A DNA stretch of 64,000 bases from positions 96,001-160,000 of the forward strand of contig CAVPQB010000001.1 in NCBI GenBank assembly GCA_963707505.1, read 5' to 3'. The position numbers were made by a program, and so were the translations under genes. Source of the stretch: an uncultured Gemmatimonadales bacterium (GTDB lineage: Bacteria; Gemmatimonadota; Gemmatimonadetes; Gemmatimonadales; Gemmatimonadaceae). Below are positions 48,801-59,240 of this stretch, in pieces (position 1 is the stretch's first letter; the number at the start of each line of letters is the position of its first letter). The notes under the pieces are model-generated. The model saw nothing but the letters and a program-made list of their open reading frames with translations, searched no databases and was not told the DNA's origin.

Positions 48801-51452
48801 CTACCTGTTCAACCAGTAGCTGAACTTCACCAGGAATGTGTTGTCCGGGCGGATCTGCAACAGATCCGGATATGTCTGCGTCCATCCACGTGTATCAGGT
48901 GCGTTATCGTACCGCTGACGTCCCTGCGTCCACACCAGAAACAGCGTCGATCCCGGGCGGTATTCCCAGCGCACAACAGTATTCGACTTGAACTCGCGAT
49001 CGCTGAATCCCGACATCGCCGACACTGGTGGCGTGTAGCTGACATATCTGTCGGTGTATCGAGCGGCACGCGGATCTGCACTCAGCTCACGCGGGTCTGA
49101 GTAGGAACCGTTCGACACGAAAGGCTGCGCGTAGAACTGGAACGATAGCTCCGGTGTCGCGATGTACGTCGCACGAATCGCGGTGACGAGCGTGTTCTGA
49201 TGCAGATGCGCGAATGCATAGTGCATGACGGATGTCGCGGTATCGCGAAAGTTACCGACCCACTGCGTGTTATCTTCGTTGCGTGAAGCGGTGACGTCCA
49301 GCGAAAGAAGCAGTTGGCTCGACGCGCGCACGCTTAGCGTTGGCTCGATGCTGAGATTGTGCGAGCGCCCCTCGTCGGTGCGCATGTAGTTCAGATAGAC
49401 GGCCGGCGTGAATCGGCGTCGATCATCACCGGTGACACCCATCCATGGAGAGAGATACGACGATTGCCGCACCGCCGGCCCGCCACGCGCACACCTGTCG
49501 CAATAGGTGCTCCCCAGCTGGCCAAGCGTCGAACCCGCGTTGAATCCCCAATTGTTGTGAAAGACGAAATGCACGTTGGAATTCACTGCGTGCTCCAGAG
49601 CGAGCCCGTCGGTGTTCCATGTGTTCCAGAAGTTGCCATTGATTCTGAAGCTGTTGTAAAGCCGAGTCGGCTTCAGAAAATTGAGCGCGCCCCAATTGCT
49701 CCAGCTCTGCCGATCCGCCCGGCGCAAATACCCGATATCGTTGATCTCGTAACCTGCGGATTGACGCTGGTAGCTCGTCTCGAAGCGCGTGATCCCGCCG
49801 CCGTACTTGCCGAACAGCAGCTCTTCCGCATTACCTGTCAGCGATGTGAGACTGGAATCGACGCGCAGCTTCCCGTCAGGCCGCTGGTAGTAGTGTACGG
49901 CGCTCATCTGAGTCTGCGTGATCGCAGCGGCCGTTCCCGTCACTTCACTTCCGGTCAACGAGCCGGAGATCTTGTAGTTGTCGTTCAGAAAGCGATGCGC
50001 GAAGTCCACGCCGCCAGCGGTCGCCGTGCGTCGCAGCGCATCCGCAGTCCACGAGTCGGTGTTCCGGTCGACGCTCGTGAGAACAGCGCCGATGTAGCTC
50101 TTTCCATCGCGGAACTCGCGCTGCACACGAGCGACACCGTAATTGGTCGTTGGCTCGATGGTCCTGTCGAGCGAACCCGTCGCGCGCTCCGTCACCGCGT
50201 CCAGCACTCCCACAGACAGCGACTTTCCAATCCGGCCACTCAGCTTGGTAGCGCCGAGTATAGTCGTCGCGGTCGGCGAGCTCGGATCACCGTAATTCCC
50301 AATTAGTTGCGGAGTGCGACCAATTCTTCGTGAGTAGAAAAGTCCCTCGGAGCTGCAGTTCACGACGTTGCAGTTGATGCTGAACGCGTAACGCCCCTGT
50401 CCTTCGACGAAGAACGGGCGCTGCTCGTTGAAGAATGTCTCGAAAGCACCGAGGTTGAGCACCGACGGATCCGCTTCCACCTGCCCGAAGTCAGGGTTCA
50501 CCGCTGCCGTCAACCGCAGGCTCGGTGTGACGCCAACCTTGAGATCCGCACCGGCAGAAAGGCGTTGCGCGCGGCCGTATGAGGAAGCGCCTACCGTCGA
50601 GACGTTCTTCGTCACCAAATACGGAACCACCTCGAGCGGATGCGTCGATCCAACGTCGCCGATTCCCGTCACAGTTCCCAACTGCGAGACCGTTGCATTC
50701 CTGCTTGGACGGAACACCGGCCAGCTCACACGCTCCTTGAAGCGATCGATGTCGCGCCAGATCCCGAACCCGATCGTGTGCACGGTTGCATTGTTGAAAC
50801 CGAGCTGCGACATCGGGATCGCGAATTCGGCTGTCCACCCGAGCGAGTCGATCGATGTGGCGACATCCCAGACGCCGTCCCATGTCTGGTCCTCGTTCGT
50901 ATCGTCGTACATCGCGTAATCACGCTTCACTCCACCGGGGCTCACCGCGAACTCGAATCCGCTGCGTCCGTCATGATACGAATCGATCATCACCTTGAGT
51001 TGATCCGTTGGTGGACGAACGTCCCGTCGCGCAAGAGTCTTGCGTATCAGCGCCGGCTCCGGATCGAAGGCGCGGATGAAGACGTAGATGTTACGGCTAT
51101 CGTATGCGACCTTGAACTCGGTGCGGAAACGCGGGTCGCCATCCTCCACCGGGTCGAATTGACGGAAGTGCGTGACCGCTGGCGCAATGCGCCACACAGC
51201 GTCGTCGTCGCGACCATCCAACACGGGAGGATGATCGGCATGTGTCGCAGGAGCCGATGTTATGTAATCTGATGAAACGACCGGCTGTGACGCCTGCGCG
51301 CCGGCGCGCGCCGGCCGTGCAGCAGCAAGAATTGTCGCGGCCGCACCGAGCGCGAGCCGCGAAACTGGGATGGACGATAGAATCGGAAAGGGCACTGGCG
51401 ACCGTTGGATGATGCATTGACGGGCCCGCCGGTGCGCGCCCTTCTCGATCAT
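48801..51452 (-). CDS. DUF5916 outer-membrane protein with N-terminal CBM9-like domain
   Basis: PVLDGRDDDAVW, GWTAEFAIP, NPDFGQVEAD, EQRPFF, FYSRRIG, RWEYRPGS; the true start is probably nearer 51395. Confidence 0.85.
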   Translation of the reverse strand: MIEKGAHRRARQCIIQRSPVPFPILSSIPVSRLALGAAATILAAARPARAGAQASQPVVSSDYITSAPATHADHPPVLDGRDDDAVWRIAPAVTHFRQFDPVEDGDPRFRTEFKVAYDSRNIYVFIRAFDPEPALIRKTLARRDVRPPTDQLKVMIDSYHDGRSGFEFAVSPGGVKRDYAMYDDTNEDQTWDGVWDVATSIDSLGWTAEFAIPMSQLGFNNATVHTIGFGIWRDIDRFKERVSWPVFRPSRNATVSQLGTVTGIGDVGSTHPLEVVPYLVTKNVSTVGASSYGRAQRLSAGADLKVGVTPSLRLTAAVNPDFGQVEADPSVLNLGAFETFFNEQRPFFVEGQGRYAFSINCNVVNCSSEGLFYSRRIGRTPQLIGNYGDPSSPTATTILGATKLSGRIGKSLSVGVLDAVTERATGSLDRTIEPTTNYGVARVQREFRDGKSYIGAVLTSVDRNTDSWTADALRRTATAGGVDFAHRFLNDNYKISGSLTGSEVTGTAAAITQTQMSAVHYYQRPDGKLRVDSSLTSLTGNAEELLFGKYGGGITRFETSYQRQSAGYEINDIGYLRRADRQSWSNWGALNFLKPTRLYNSFRINGNFWNTWNTDGLALEHAVNSNVHFVFHNNWGFNAGSTLGQLGSTYCDRCARGGPAVRQSSYLSPWMGVTGDDRRRFTPAVYLNYMRTDEGRSHNLSIEPTLSVRASSQLLLSLDVTASRNEDNTQWVGNFRDTATSVMHYAFAHLHQNTLVTAIRATYIATPELSFQFYAQPFVSNGSYSDPRELSADPRAARYTDRYVSYTPPVSAMSGFSDREFKSNTVVRWEYRPGSTLFLVWTQGRQRYDNAPDTRGWTQTYPDLLQIRPDNTFLVKFSYWLNR

Positions 51453-51516
51453 GAGATGCTCTGCACGTCAAAAAGGTTTGCTTCATATCGGCCTCTGTCA
51501 GCGCGACCCGACGCCG

Positions 51517-52182
51517 TCAGTTCACGATGGATACCGTGAACCCGTCGTAACCCTTCACGCCAACAGTCTGGATTGCCGTGCTCGTCACGAGTGCGCTCGT
51601 GGACAGCCTGTCGAAAAACCGGCGTACACCCTGTGTACCCGTATCTTCGGTGTCGTCGTTGATGACATCTCCATCCCGCACGACGTTGTCGACGACGATC
51701 ATGCTTCCAGCATGCGCGAGCGTGACCGCCCAGTCGAAGTACGCCGGAATGCTCTGCTTGTCGGCGTCGATGAATATCAGATCGAACGGCTCGTGATCTT
51801 CGCCAGCCAGTTTTGGAAGCGTGTCGAGTGCACTACCCACGCGCAGATCGACGACGTCTGCGAATCCCGCTCGCGCTATGTTCGCTCTCGCAACGTCGGC
51901 GTGCATGGGTTCCTTCTCCAGAGTCACAATCGTTCCTCCAGGAGCGAGACCGCGCGCAAGCCATATCGTGCTGTAGCCGCCGAGCGTACCGATCTCGAGG
52001 ATCGATTTGGCGCGCAGCGTCATTGCGAGCAGCTCGAGCAGTTTCCCCTGGGTCGGCGAGACGCTGATCGCCGGCATGTTCGCCGCCGCGGTTGCAGCCT
52101 GCGCAGCATCCAGCGCGGGATCTCGGGGAATCAGTTTCTCCGCGAGGTAGCCGTCGACCGCCGTCCATGTTTCCTGATCCAT
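51517..52182 (-). CDS. O-methyltransferase (COMT/CCoAOMT-like)
   Basis: LEIGTLGGYS, FIDADK, VDNV, KGYDGF. Confidence 0.92.
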   Translation of the reverse strand: MDQETWTAVDGYLAEKLIPRDPALDAAQAATAAANMPAISVSPTQGKLLELLAMTLRAKSILEIGTLGGYSTIWLARGLAPGGTIVTLEKEPMHADVARANIARAGFADVVDLRVGSALDTLPKLAGEDHEPFDLIFIDADKQSIPAYFDWAVTLAHAGSMIVVDNVVRDGDVINDDTEDTGTQGVRRFFDRLSTSALVTSTAIQTVGVKGYDGFTVSIVN

Positions 52183-52466
52183 CGTTTTGGCTCCGTAATC
52201 GTGATACCAGCCGTGGCGGCCGGCCGTGTTCAGAGTGAATGTTGCTCGGAAATGCTGCAAAGCCTGGTCCCGCGACCGACGCTCCACACGAAGCGCCGCC
52301 GGTGGTCCTGAATCCGGATTTGCCGGTCCTATGAATGACAGAGGAGGATCGTTGACGCGAGGCAGAGCGAAGATGCTCGCCCTACCCACGCCAGCGATCT
52401 GTGATCATCTTATCAATCGGCACATACGATGCGTTGCCGCACCTGCAAACGCGAGAGAATCGAAAG

Positions 52467-54401
52467 ATGATTACCAACTTCATGCTCGGCTTCAGCAAGC
52501 CGTTGATTGCGAACTCATGGCTTGCGAAGTCATGGCTCGTTGCTTTGTTGGGCGTCCCGTTGTTTCCGACGCCGACAGCGCAGACGCTCTACATGCCGCG
52601 CACCGTCAAGGAAGCGATAAAAAAGGGGACACGCTCACTCGATGGCCGTCCCGGCGCCAACTACTGGGAGAACCACGGCCGTTACTCGATCTCTCTCACG
52701 GTTGCACCGCCCGATCGCACGATCAGGGGGACCGAGCAGATCAGCTACTCCAACAACAGCCCGGACACGCTGAAGAGCCTCGTCATCAAGCTGTTCGTCA
52801 ACATCCACAAGCCGGGAGCGCCACGGGCGGGCGGCGCGGCAGACGCTTATCTCACATCCGGCGTGCACATAGACTCGTTCTCGGTCAACGGAGCTGCGAC
52901 TCCGTGGGGCAACGATGCACGCACCTTCACGTGGAAACGCGTTCCATTGAAGACTCCGCTGATGCCCCATGATTCGGTGAAGCTCGCCTTCGACTGGCAC
53001 TACGAGATATCACTGGAAGCGGGTCGAGAAGGAATGATCGACTCGACCACGTATTATCTGGCGTACTTCTACCCGCGCGTTGCTGTCTTCGATGACTACA
53101 ACGGCTGGGATACGATGGATTTCACGGACCAGCAGGAGTTCTACAGCGACTTCAACGATTACGATGTGACACTGAACGTCCCCGCGAACTACGTGGTGTG
53201 GGGAACCGGCACACTGCTCAATGCCGCTGATGTGCTGCAACCAGCGGTGCTTCAACGCTTCAATAACTCGCTCACGTCTGACCAGGTGATCCATGTCGCG
53301 ACCAGAGAGCAGATGGCCGGCGACAGCATCACCGTGCAGAAACCGACGAACGCGTGGCACTTCAGGGCCAGCAACATCCCCGACATGGCCTTCGCAGTCA
53401 GCAACCACTACGACTGGGATGCCGCCAGCGTAATCGTCGATGACGCAGCACACCGTCGCGCCAGCGTGCAGTCGGCGTTCAATGACACGGCCGCCGATTA
53501 CCATCACATGGTGAGCTTCGGCCAGCATGCGCTCGACTGGCTGTCGCACAACTGGCCAGGCGTTCCGTACCCGTACGAGAAGACGACGATCGTGCAGGGC
53601 TCCGCCGACATGGAATATCCCATGATGGTCAACGACGGCAGTACGCCCGACACTGTGTTCTCCCGCTTCGTCGTTGAGCACGAGATCGCACACACGTACT
53701 TCCCGTTCTACATGGGGACCAACGAGACGCGATACGGCTTCATGGACGAGGGCTGGGCAACGACCTTTGAATACCTCATTGGAACCGCGGACCTTGGCAA
53801 GGAACGTGCTTCTACCTTCTTCCAGCAATTTCGTGTCAACGGCTGGATCCACGATCCGTCGCCCCTCGAAGACCTGCCGATCGTTACGCCTGGTGACGTG
53901 CTCAAGGGTGTGGCATACGGCAATAATGCGTACGGCAAGCCTGCACTTGGTTACCTGGCCATGAAGGACCTGCTTGGCGACGCGCAATTCAAGAAGTGTC
54001 TGCAGGCGTACATGGATCGCTGGCACGGCAAGCACCCGTCGCCGTGGGATTTCTTCAACACGTTCAGCAACGTATCCGGGAAGAATCTGAACTGGTTCTG
54101 GAATGACTGGTACTTCAGCAACAACTACATCGATCTCGCAGTCGCGAGTGTCACCAGGGCCCGCAACGGTTATTCTGTCGTGATTGACAACATCGGTGGT
54201 ATGGATGCTCCGGTCGACATCCGCGTGAAGTACACGGATGGTGATTCGGCGACGTTCCATCAGACGCCCGCGATCTGGGAAGCCAATCAACAGAAGGCGA
54301 CCGTCACGATCCCGACAACCAGGACTGTCAGCTCGCTCGATCTCGACGGCGGGATCTGGATGGATGCAGACACCACGAACAACAAGTGGACGCGCAAGTA
54401 G
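52467..54401 (+). CDS. M1 family metalloaminopeptidase, secreted
   Basis: DMEYP, HEIAH-X18-E (MDEG), AYGKP. Confidence 0.92.
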   Translation: MITNFMLGFSKPLIANSWLAKSWLVALLGVPLFPTPTAQTLYMPRTVKEAIKKGTRSLDGRPGANYWENHGRYSISLTVAPPDRTIRGTEQISYSNNSPDTLKSLVIKLFVNIHKPGAPRAGGAADAYLTSGVHIDSFSVNGAATPWGNDARTFTWKRVPLKTPLMPHDSVKLAFDWHYEISLEAGREGMIDSTTYYLAYFYPRVAVFDDYNGWDTMDFTDQQEFYSDFNDYDVTLNVPANYVVWGTGTLLNAADVLQPAVLQRFNNSLTSDQVIHVATREQMAGDSITVQKPTNAWHFRASNIPDMAFAVSNHYDWDAASVIVDDAAHRRASVQSAFNDTAADYHHMVSFGQHALDWLSHNWPGVPYPYEKTTIVQGSADMEYPMMVNDGSTPDTVFSRFVVEHEIAHTYFPFYMGTNETRYGFMDEGWATTFEYLIGTADLGKERASTFFQQFRVNGWIHDPSPLEDLPIVTPGDVLKGVAYGNNAYGKPALGYLAMKDLLGDAQFKKCLQAYMDRWHGKHPSPWDFFNTFSNVSGKNLNWFWNDWYFSNNYIDLAVASVTRARNGYSVVIDNIGGMDAPVDIRVKYTDGDSATFHQTPAIWEANQQKATVTIPTTRTVSSLDLDGGIWMDADTTNNKWTRK

Positions 54402-54411
54402 TGCTGATATT

Positions 54412-56484
54412 ATGAGCACGCCCTCCGCACGCGTGAATCCGTTCTTCACCGCGAGCACGTTGCCATTCCAGGCGCCGCGCTTCGATGAGATTCAGGAGGC
54501 TGACTACCAGCCCGCAATCGAGGAAGGAATGCGCCAGCAGATGGTGGAGATCGCTCGGATCATCGACGATCCTGCTCCTCCTACGTTCGAGAATACGCTG
54601 GTGGAGCTGGAGAAGTCTGGCGAATTGTTGAGTCGCGTAATGCATGTATTCAGCGCGATTACCGGTGCCAACACGAGCGACTTCCTGCAACAGGTCCAGG
54701 AAGATGTTGCACCCAAACTCGCGGCTCACGAGGATGCGATCTATCTCGATCGCCGGCTTTTCGAGCGAGTGGAATCGATCTACAATCAGCGCGATACCCT
54801 GACTCTCGACGCAGAGTCGCGCCGCCTGCTCGACTGGTACTACAACGACGTCTTCGTGCAGAAGGGTGCCAGACTTTCCGAGCCTGACAAGGCGGCCCTC
54901 ATGGCGCTGAACAAGGAGGCGTCGACACTCGAGACTGCGTTCGTCAACAAGCTGCTTGCCGCAGCCAAGGCCGGCGCGTTGGCACTGCGCGATCGTAATG
55001 CACTCACAGGCATGAGCGACGCCGAGATCGCGGCAGCGGAACGAGCGGCGCACGAGCGTAATCTCGACAACACGTGGCTCATCCCGCTGCACAACACGAC
55101 CCAGCAACCGGCACTTCTACCGCTGAAGAACCGTGACGTACGAAAGCAGTTGTTCGACGCGTCATATACACGCACCGAAAGAGGCGATGCGAACGATACG
55201 CGCGGCCTCATCGCGCGGCTTGCGCAGATCCGGGCCTCGCAGGCGAAACTGCTGGGCCATCCCAGCTACGCCGAGTGGGCATTGCAGGATCAGATGGCCA
55301 GGACTCCCGAAGCGGCGTTGAAGTTCGTCCGCGATCTGGTTCCTGCCGCTACCGCCAACGCACGCGCGGAAGGCGACGCGATCCAGGCGATCATCGACGG
55401 CGATGGTGAGTCGTTCCAGCTGGAGCCGTGGGATTGGGAGCACTATGCAGAACGTGTCCGTAGAGCGAAATACGATCTCGACGAGGAGCAGATCAAGCAG
55501 TACTTCGAGCTGGATTGCGTGCTGAGGAACGGCGTATTCTACGCGGCGACTCGTTTGTACGGCATCACGTTCAGGGAGCGCGATGATCTTCCAGTGTATC
55601 ATCCGGATGTACGCGTATTCGAGGTGAGTGATACTGATGGATCGCCGCTGACACTCTTCTACTGCGACTTCTTCGCTCGAGAGAACAAGAACGGTGGCGC
55701 GTGGATGGATAGCCTTGTCACGCAATCGAAGCTGCTCGGTGCAAAGCCCGTGATCTACAACGTCGGGAACTTCACGAAGCCCGCGTCAGGGGAGCCGGCG
55801 TTGATCAGCTTTGACGACGTCACGACAATGTTCCACGAATTCGGTCACGCCCTGCATGGATTTTTTGCGGACCAGCAATACCCGAGCCTGTCGGGAACCA
55901 GCGTTGCGCGTGACTTCGTCGAGCTTCCATCCCAGTTCAACGAGCACTGGGCGACCGAGCCGACGGTATTTGCGAACTACGCGAAGCATCATGACAGTGG
56001 CGAGCCCATGCCTCAGGATCTCACGGAAAAGATCAAGCAGGCCGAGAAGTTCAATCAGGGCTACCGCCTGACTGAGGTGCTGGCGGCGGCGTTGCTCGAC
56101 ATGGCATGGCACACTCTCCCGGCAGATGCGCCACTCATGGACGTCGATGCTTTCGAGACGCAGGCATTGAGCGACAACGACGTCAACCTGCGTACCGTTC
56201 CGCCGCGCTACCGCTCCAGCTACTTCATGCACATCTGGTCAAACGGCTACTCGGCCGGCTACTACGCATATCTGTGGGCAGAGATGCTGGACGCGGACGC
56301 GTACGAGTGGTTCGAGGAGAACGGCGGGCTCAGGCGCGAGAACGGCGATCGCTTCCGCGCCATGATTCTATCGCGGGGTAATACAGAGGATCTCGCCACG
56401 ATGTATCGTGCGTTCCGCGGCCGCGACCCACGTATCGAGCCAATGCTCGCGGAACGTGGATTGCTTGCCGCTGAAACGCAGTAG
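54412..56484 (+). CDS. dcp: M3 peptidyl-dipeptidase Dcp
   Basis: NPFF..LPFQAP.F, NTTQQP, GGAWM, FHEFGHALH, RDFVELPSQ, YSAGYYAY. Confidence 0.9.
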   Translation: MSTPSARVNPFFTASTLPFQAPRFDEIQEADYQPAIEEGMRQQMVEIARIIDDPAPPTFENTLVELEKSGELLSRVMHVFSAITGANTSDFLQQVQEDVAPKLAAHEDAIYLDRRLFERVESIYNQRDTLTLDAESRRLLDWYYNDVFVQKGARLSEPDKAALMALNKEASTLETAFVNKLLAAAKAGALALRDRNALTGMSDAEIAAAERAAHERNLDNTWLIPLHNTTQQPALLPLKNRDVRKQLFDASYTRTERGDANDTRGLIARLAQIRASQAKLLGHPSYAEWALQDQMARTPEAALKFVRDLVPAATANARAEGDAIQAIIDGDGESFQLEPWDWEHYAERVRRAKYDLDEEQIKQYFELDCVLRNGVFYAATRLYGITFRERDDLPVYHPDVRVFEVSDTDGSPLTLFYCDFFARENKNGGAWMDSLVTQSKLLGAKPVIYNVGNFTKPASGEPALISFDDVTTMFHEFGHALHGFFADQQYPSLSGTSVARDFVELPSQFNEHWATEPTVFANYAKHHDSGEPMPQDLTEKIKQAEKFNQGYRLTEVLAAALLDMAWHTLPADAPLMDVDAFETQALSDNDVNLRTVPPRYRSSYFMHIWSNGYSAGYYAYLWAEMLDADAYEWFEENGGLRRENGDRFRAMILSRGNTEDLATMYRAFRGRDPRIEPMLAERGLLAAETQ

Positions 56485-56510
56485 CGAAACGCAGTAGCGA
56501 AACGCAGTAG
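56473..56510. repeat. 13-bp tandem repeat, 3 copies, containing the dcp stop codon
   Basis: gaaacgcagtagc, gaaacgcagtagc, gaaacgcagtag. Confidence 0.92.
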
Positions 56511-56524
56511 TGAGCTGACTTTAT

Positions 56525-57985
56525 TTATTTAACGCGCCAGATGTCCAGTGTACCCGTGGTGCTGTGATCGTTGGAGCTACCTTCAGGCAGTGCGATTCTT
56601 CCATCGACGACGATCGGACTGTTCCAGTGACCACCACCGGCGTCGAGGCTTGCGATCTGCTTACCGGTGGTCGGTTCGTACACCACCAGACCGCCCTTCG
56701 GATTGTACACGTACAGCAGGCCGCCGGCGATAACAGGGCTGGTGCCGCCCGTACCGTTCTGCCACATCGATTGAAGCTTGCCGTTGCTCAAGCTCCATGC
56801 GGCTGTTCCGCTTCCGTCCGCGACGAACATCGACGTATTCGAGCCGCTGTGTAGAACAGCTGGTGCAGTGAAGAGTCGCGCACTTCCTGGCGTCTGAATC
56901 ACCTGAAGCTCGCCACCCTTGTGAGCTGTCGCACCGCCCATCACCTTCGGATTCAGCAATCTGATCGTGCCATCCTTGCCGCCCTGAGCCACGTAGCCGT
57001 CTCCAAGCAGCACCGGCGACGTCGATCCCACATCCCCATCGGTCGCGTCCAGTTGATCGGTATTCGACGGCGTGTAATTGCCGACCAGAGCAGTCGCCGT
57101 AGGGTTGAGCTCGAGCGTCGCATCGCCCCAGTACGTCTTGCCATCCCATTTCGCGTTGCCCGTAGCGACAAAAATGTTGCCGGTAGTGGTGTCAATCACG
57201 GCACCTGCGCGGCCCCAGATCGCGGAGTCACTTTCGGGACAGGATTTCGGGTCGATCAGTACCGTTTGATCGCTGCACAGGGAATTCCATACGTGCAGCA
57301 GATTGCCGCTCGCGCCATCAAGAATTGCAACGTGACCCTGATAGGGTGGCGCATCTCCGATGTAGCCACCGGTCACGGCGATCACGTTTCCGTGAAAGAA
57401 GTTCAGCGACGATGCGATCTTCTCCCGCTCCGGAAGCTTTGTAATTGCAGTGCTCCAGACGGAGTGCCCGTCGGATACTGCGAGCTTCTGGATGTGTCCA
57501 TCAGGCGATGCCGCGTAGATGAACTGCCGGCTCGGGTCTGCCACCGGTGTCGCGGTAGTGATCTGTCGAGAGCCGGCCCAACCGCTGTAACCGGACGGTG
57601 TGTACGTCCAGAGTACCTTGCCGCTGTCGGCGTCTATTGCCAGCGTCTTGCCGTACGTAGTGGTGACAAAGAACACATCATGGGTGCCACCGCTCACACT
57701 CGCGCCGTGCAGGTAGATGGCCGACGCGTCGACGGTTCCGTCTATCGAAACCTGTTGCTTCTTGAGCGATGCGACGTTGGCTGCGGTTATTCCCGTCGAC
57801 GCGGGGTCGACACTCGAGCGTTCAACGTCGAACCCGAACTGCGTCCAGTCCTGATGGGTCGCGGCAGGTGCGACAGCGGCGGTAGAGTCGCCTGGAGCTG
57901 TGGCTGTACTCGCAGGCGCGTGCTCGGCCGACCCGCCACTGCAAGCGGCCAATATGAGGGAACAGATGGCCAGGAGGTGGTGCAT
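56525..57985 (-). CDS. PQQ-like beta-propeller lipoprotein
   Basis: LAAC lipobox, DWTQFG, repeated A.D..SG..W blades, SPVI/SPIV. Confidence 0.8.
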   Translation of the reverse strand: MHHLLAICSLILAACSGGSAEHAPASTATAPGDSTAAVAPAATHQDWTQFGFDVERSSVDPASTGITAANVASLKKQQVSIDGTVDASAIYLHGASVSGGTHDVFFVTTTYGKTLAIDADSGKVLWTYTPSGYSGWAGSRQITTATPVADPSRQFIYAASPDGHIQKLAVSDGHSVWSTAITKLPEREKIASSLNFFHGNVIAVTGGYIGDAPPYQGHVAILDGASGNLLHVWNSLCSDQTVLIDPKSCPESDSAIWGRAGAVIDTTTGNIFVATGNAKWDGKTYWGDATLELNPTATALVGNYTPSNTDQLDATDGDVGSTSPVLLGDGYVAQGGKDGTIRLLNPKVMGGATAHKGGELQVIQTPGSARLFTAPAVLHSGSNTSMFVADGSGTAAWSLSNGKLQSMWQNGTGGTSPVIAGGLLYVYNPKGGLVVYEPTTGKQIASLDAGGGHWNSPIVVDGRIALPEGSSNDHSTTGTLDIWRVK

Positions 57986-58115
57986 TTCGCCTCGGTCGCG
58001 AACGTGCCGCGGTTGAGTTGGTTTACGAACCACAGAAGTCATTTAGTGCACAGATGCATCATGCATCGAAACTGCATTGGCCGTGCCGATGGTCGTTCGA
58101 TGTCATCCCGTCCCC

Positions 58116-59165
58116 TCAATCCTCTGACCCGAGCCACTTCCTCACCATTTCCGCGACGCGTTCGGCGGCCGGTGGGTCCTGGTTGGCAAGTACAATCACG
58201 TCGTAGCCGCCTGGTAGGTTGCCTTCGACATCGCCGTTGAGTCCACCTGATCCACCCGCAGCCCCCAAATCCGCGGGCGGCCCTGACTCGATCCTGTGCG
58301 CGCGCAGAGCCTGGAGAAAGGCGAGCAGGTCGTGCGCCGTGGAATAGCCGCCGCCAGCTGAGCTGCCACGTCCCGGCAGTTCAGCGCTGTTGCGATGAAG
58401 AGGTATTTTGGCCGATCCCGTTTCATCGCTATTGGTATATCCGATCGCCGTATTCGGTGGCAGCGAATCAACCTCGTACGAAGCGGTTCGCGTCATTCCG
58501 GCCGGTTCGAATATGTGGCGCTGAACGTAAGTGTAGTAATCTTCGCCCGATATTCGTTCGATCAGCAGGCCTAGTACTACGTATCCGGCATTCGAGTACG
58601 CGGTGCGCGTGCCGGGTTCGAATTGCATCGGTGCGTCGACGAAGAGCGGGAGGTAACTCCCGAGCGTACGAATGTCATTTCGTTTTCCACTCGCTGGCGC
58701 AGCGAAGATGTTGCCACCGATTCCCGATGTATGTCGCAACAGCTGCCGAATTGTCACCTTGCGGGCGACTTCCTGATTCGGATAATCTGGCCAATACTTC
58801 GCGAGCGTGGAATCAAGGTCGAGCTTGCCACCGTCGCGAAGTTGCATGATCGCGATTTGCGTGAAGATCTTGTTGATTGAGCCAATGTTGAACGCAGTTT
58901 CCAGATTGTTCTGTCGCCCGGCTTCACGGTCGGCCATGCCGTATGCGCGCTGAAATACCGGAACACCATTTTTCGCAAGCAGTGCCACACCGGAGAACTC
59001 GCCAAGTCCTGCCAGACTGTCGAGTGAATGGGACAGGCGACTGATCAGCGCTGGCTGGGATACTGCTGGCGGTCGGATCCGCGGTGCTGAGGGCTGCTGA
59101 GCACCGAGGAATTGTGACCCGACGACGAGCATCACCGCGATGATGGAACGGAATGAATCAGGCAT
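58116..59165 (-). CDS. Secreted serine hydrolase (beta-lactamase fold)
   Basis: IGSINK, LLRHTSG, YSN, AGGGYST. Confidence 0.88.
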   Translation of the reverse strand: MPDSFRSIIAVMLVVGSQFLGAQQPSAPRIRPPAVSQPALISRLSHSLDSLAGLGEFSGVALLAKNGVPVFQRAYGMADREAGRQNNLETAFNIGSINKIFTQIAIMQLRDGGKLDLDSTLAKYWPDYPNQEVARKVTIRQLLRHTSGIGGNIFAAPASGKRNDIRTLGSYLPLFVDAPMQFEPGTRTAYSNAGYVVLGLLIERISGEDYYTYVQRHIFEPAGMTRTASYEVDSLPPNTAIGYTNSDETGSAKIPLHRNSAELPGRGSSAGGGYSTAHDLLAFLQALRAHRIESGPPADLGAAGGSGGLNGDVEGNLPGGYDVIVLANQDPPAAERVAEMVRKWLGSED

Positions 59166-59240
59166 GGAGAATTGTTACCTGCCGCCTCCGGATTGGGTCC
59201 GGTACCAGGGTTGCGCAATAACCTGCGATGCCCTGGCTCG

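Noticed and set aside
52183..52466. Riboswitch or ncRNA in this long intergenic region
   Set aside because: I recognised no conserved aptamer motif or terminator; an Rfam/Infernal search would be needed.
53010..54458. Long antisense ORFs (also 62329..63624, 56921..58240, 102..698)
   Set aside because: Shadow ORFs opposite well-supported genes, as expected in high-GC DNA; no motifs.
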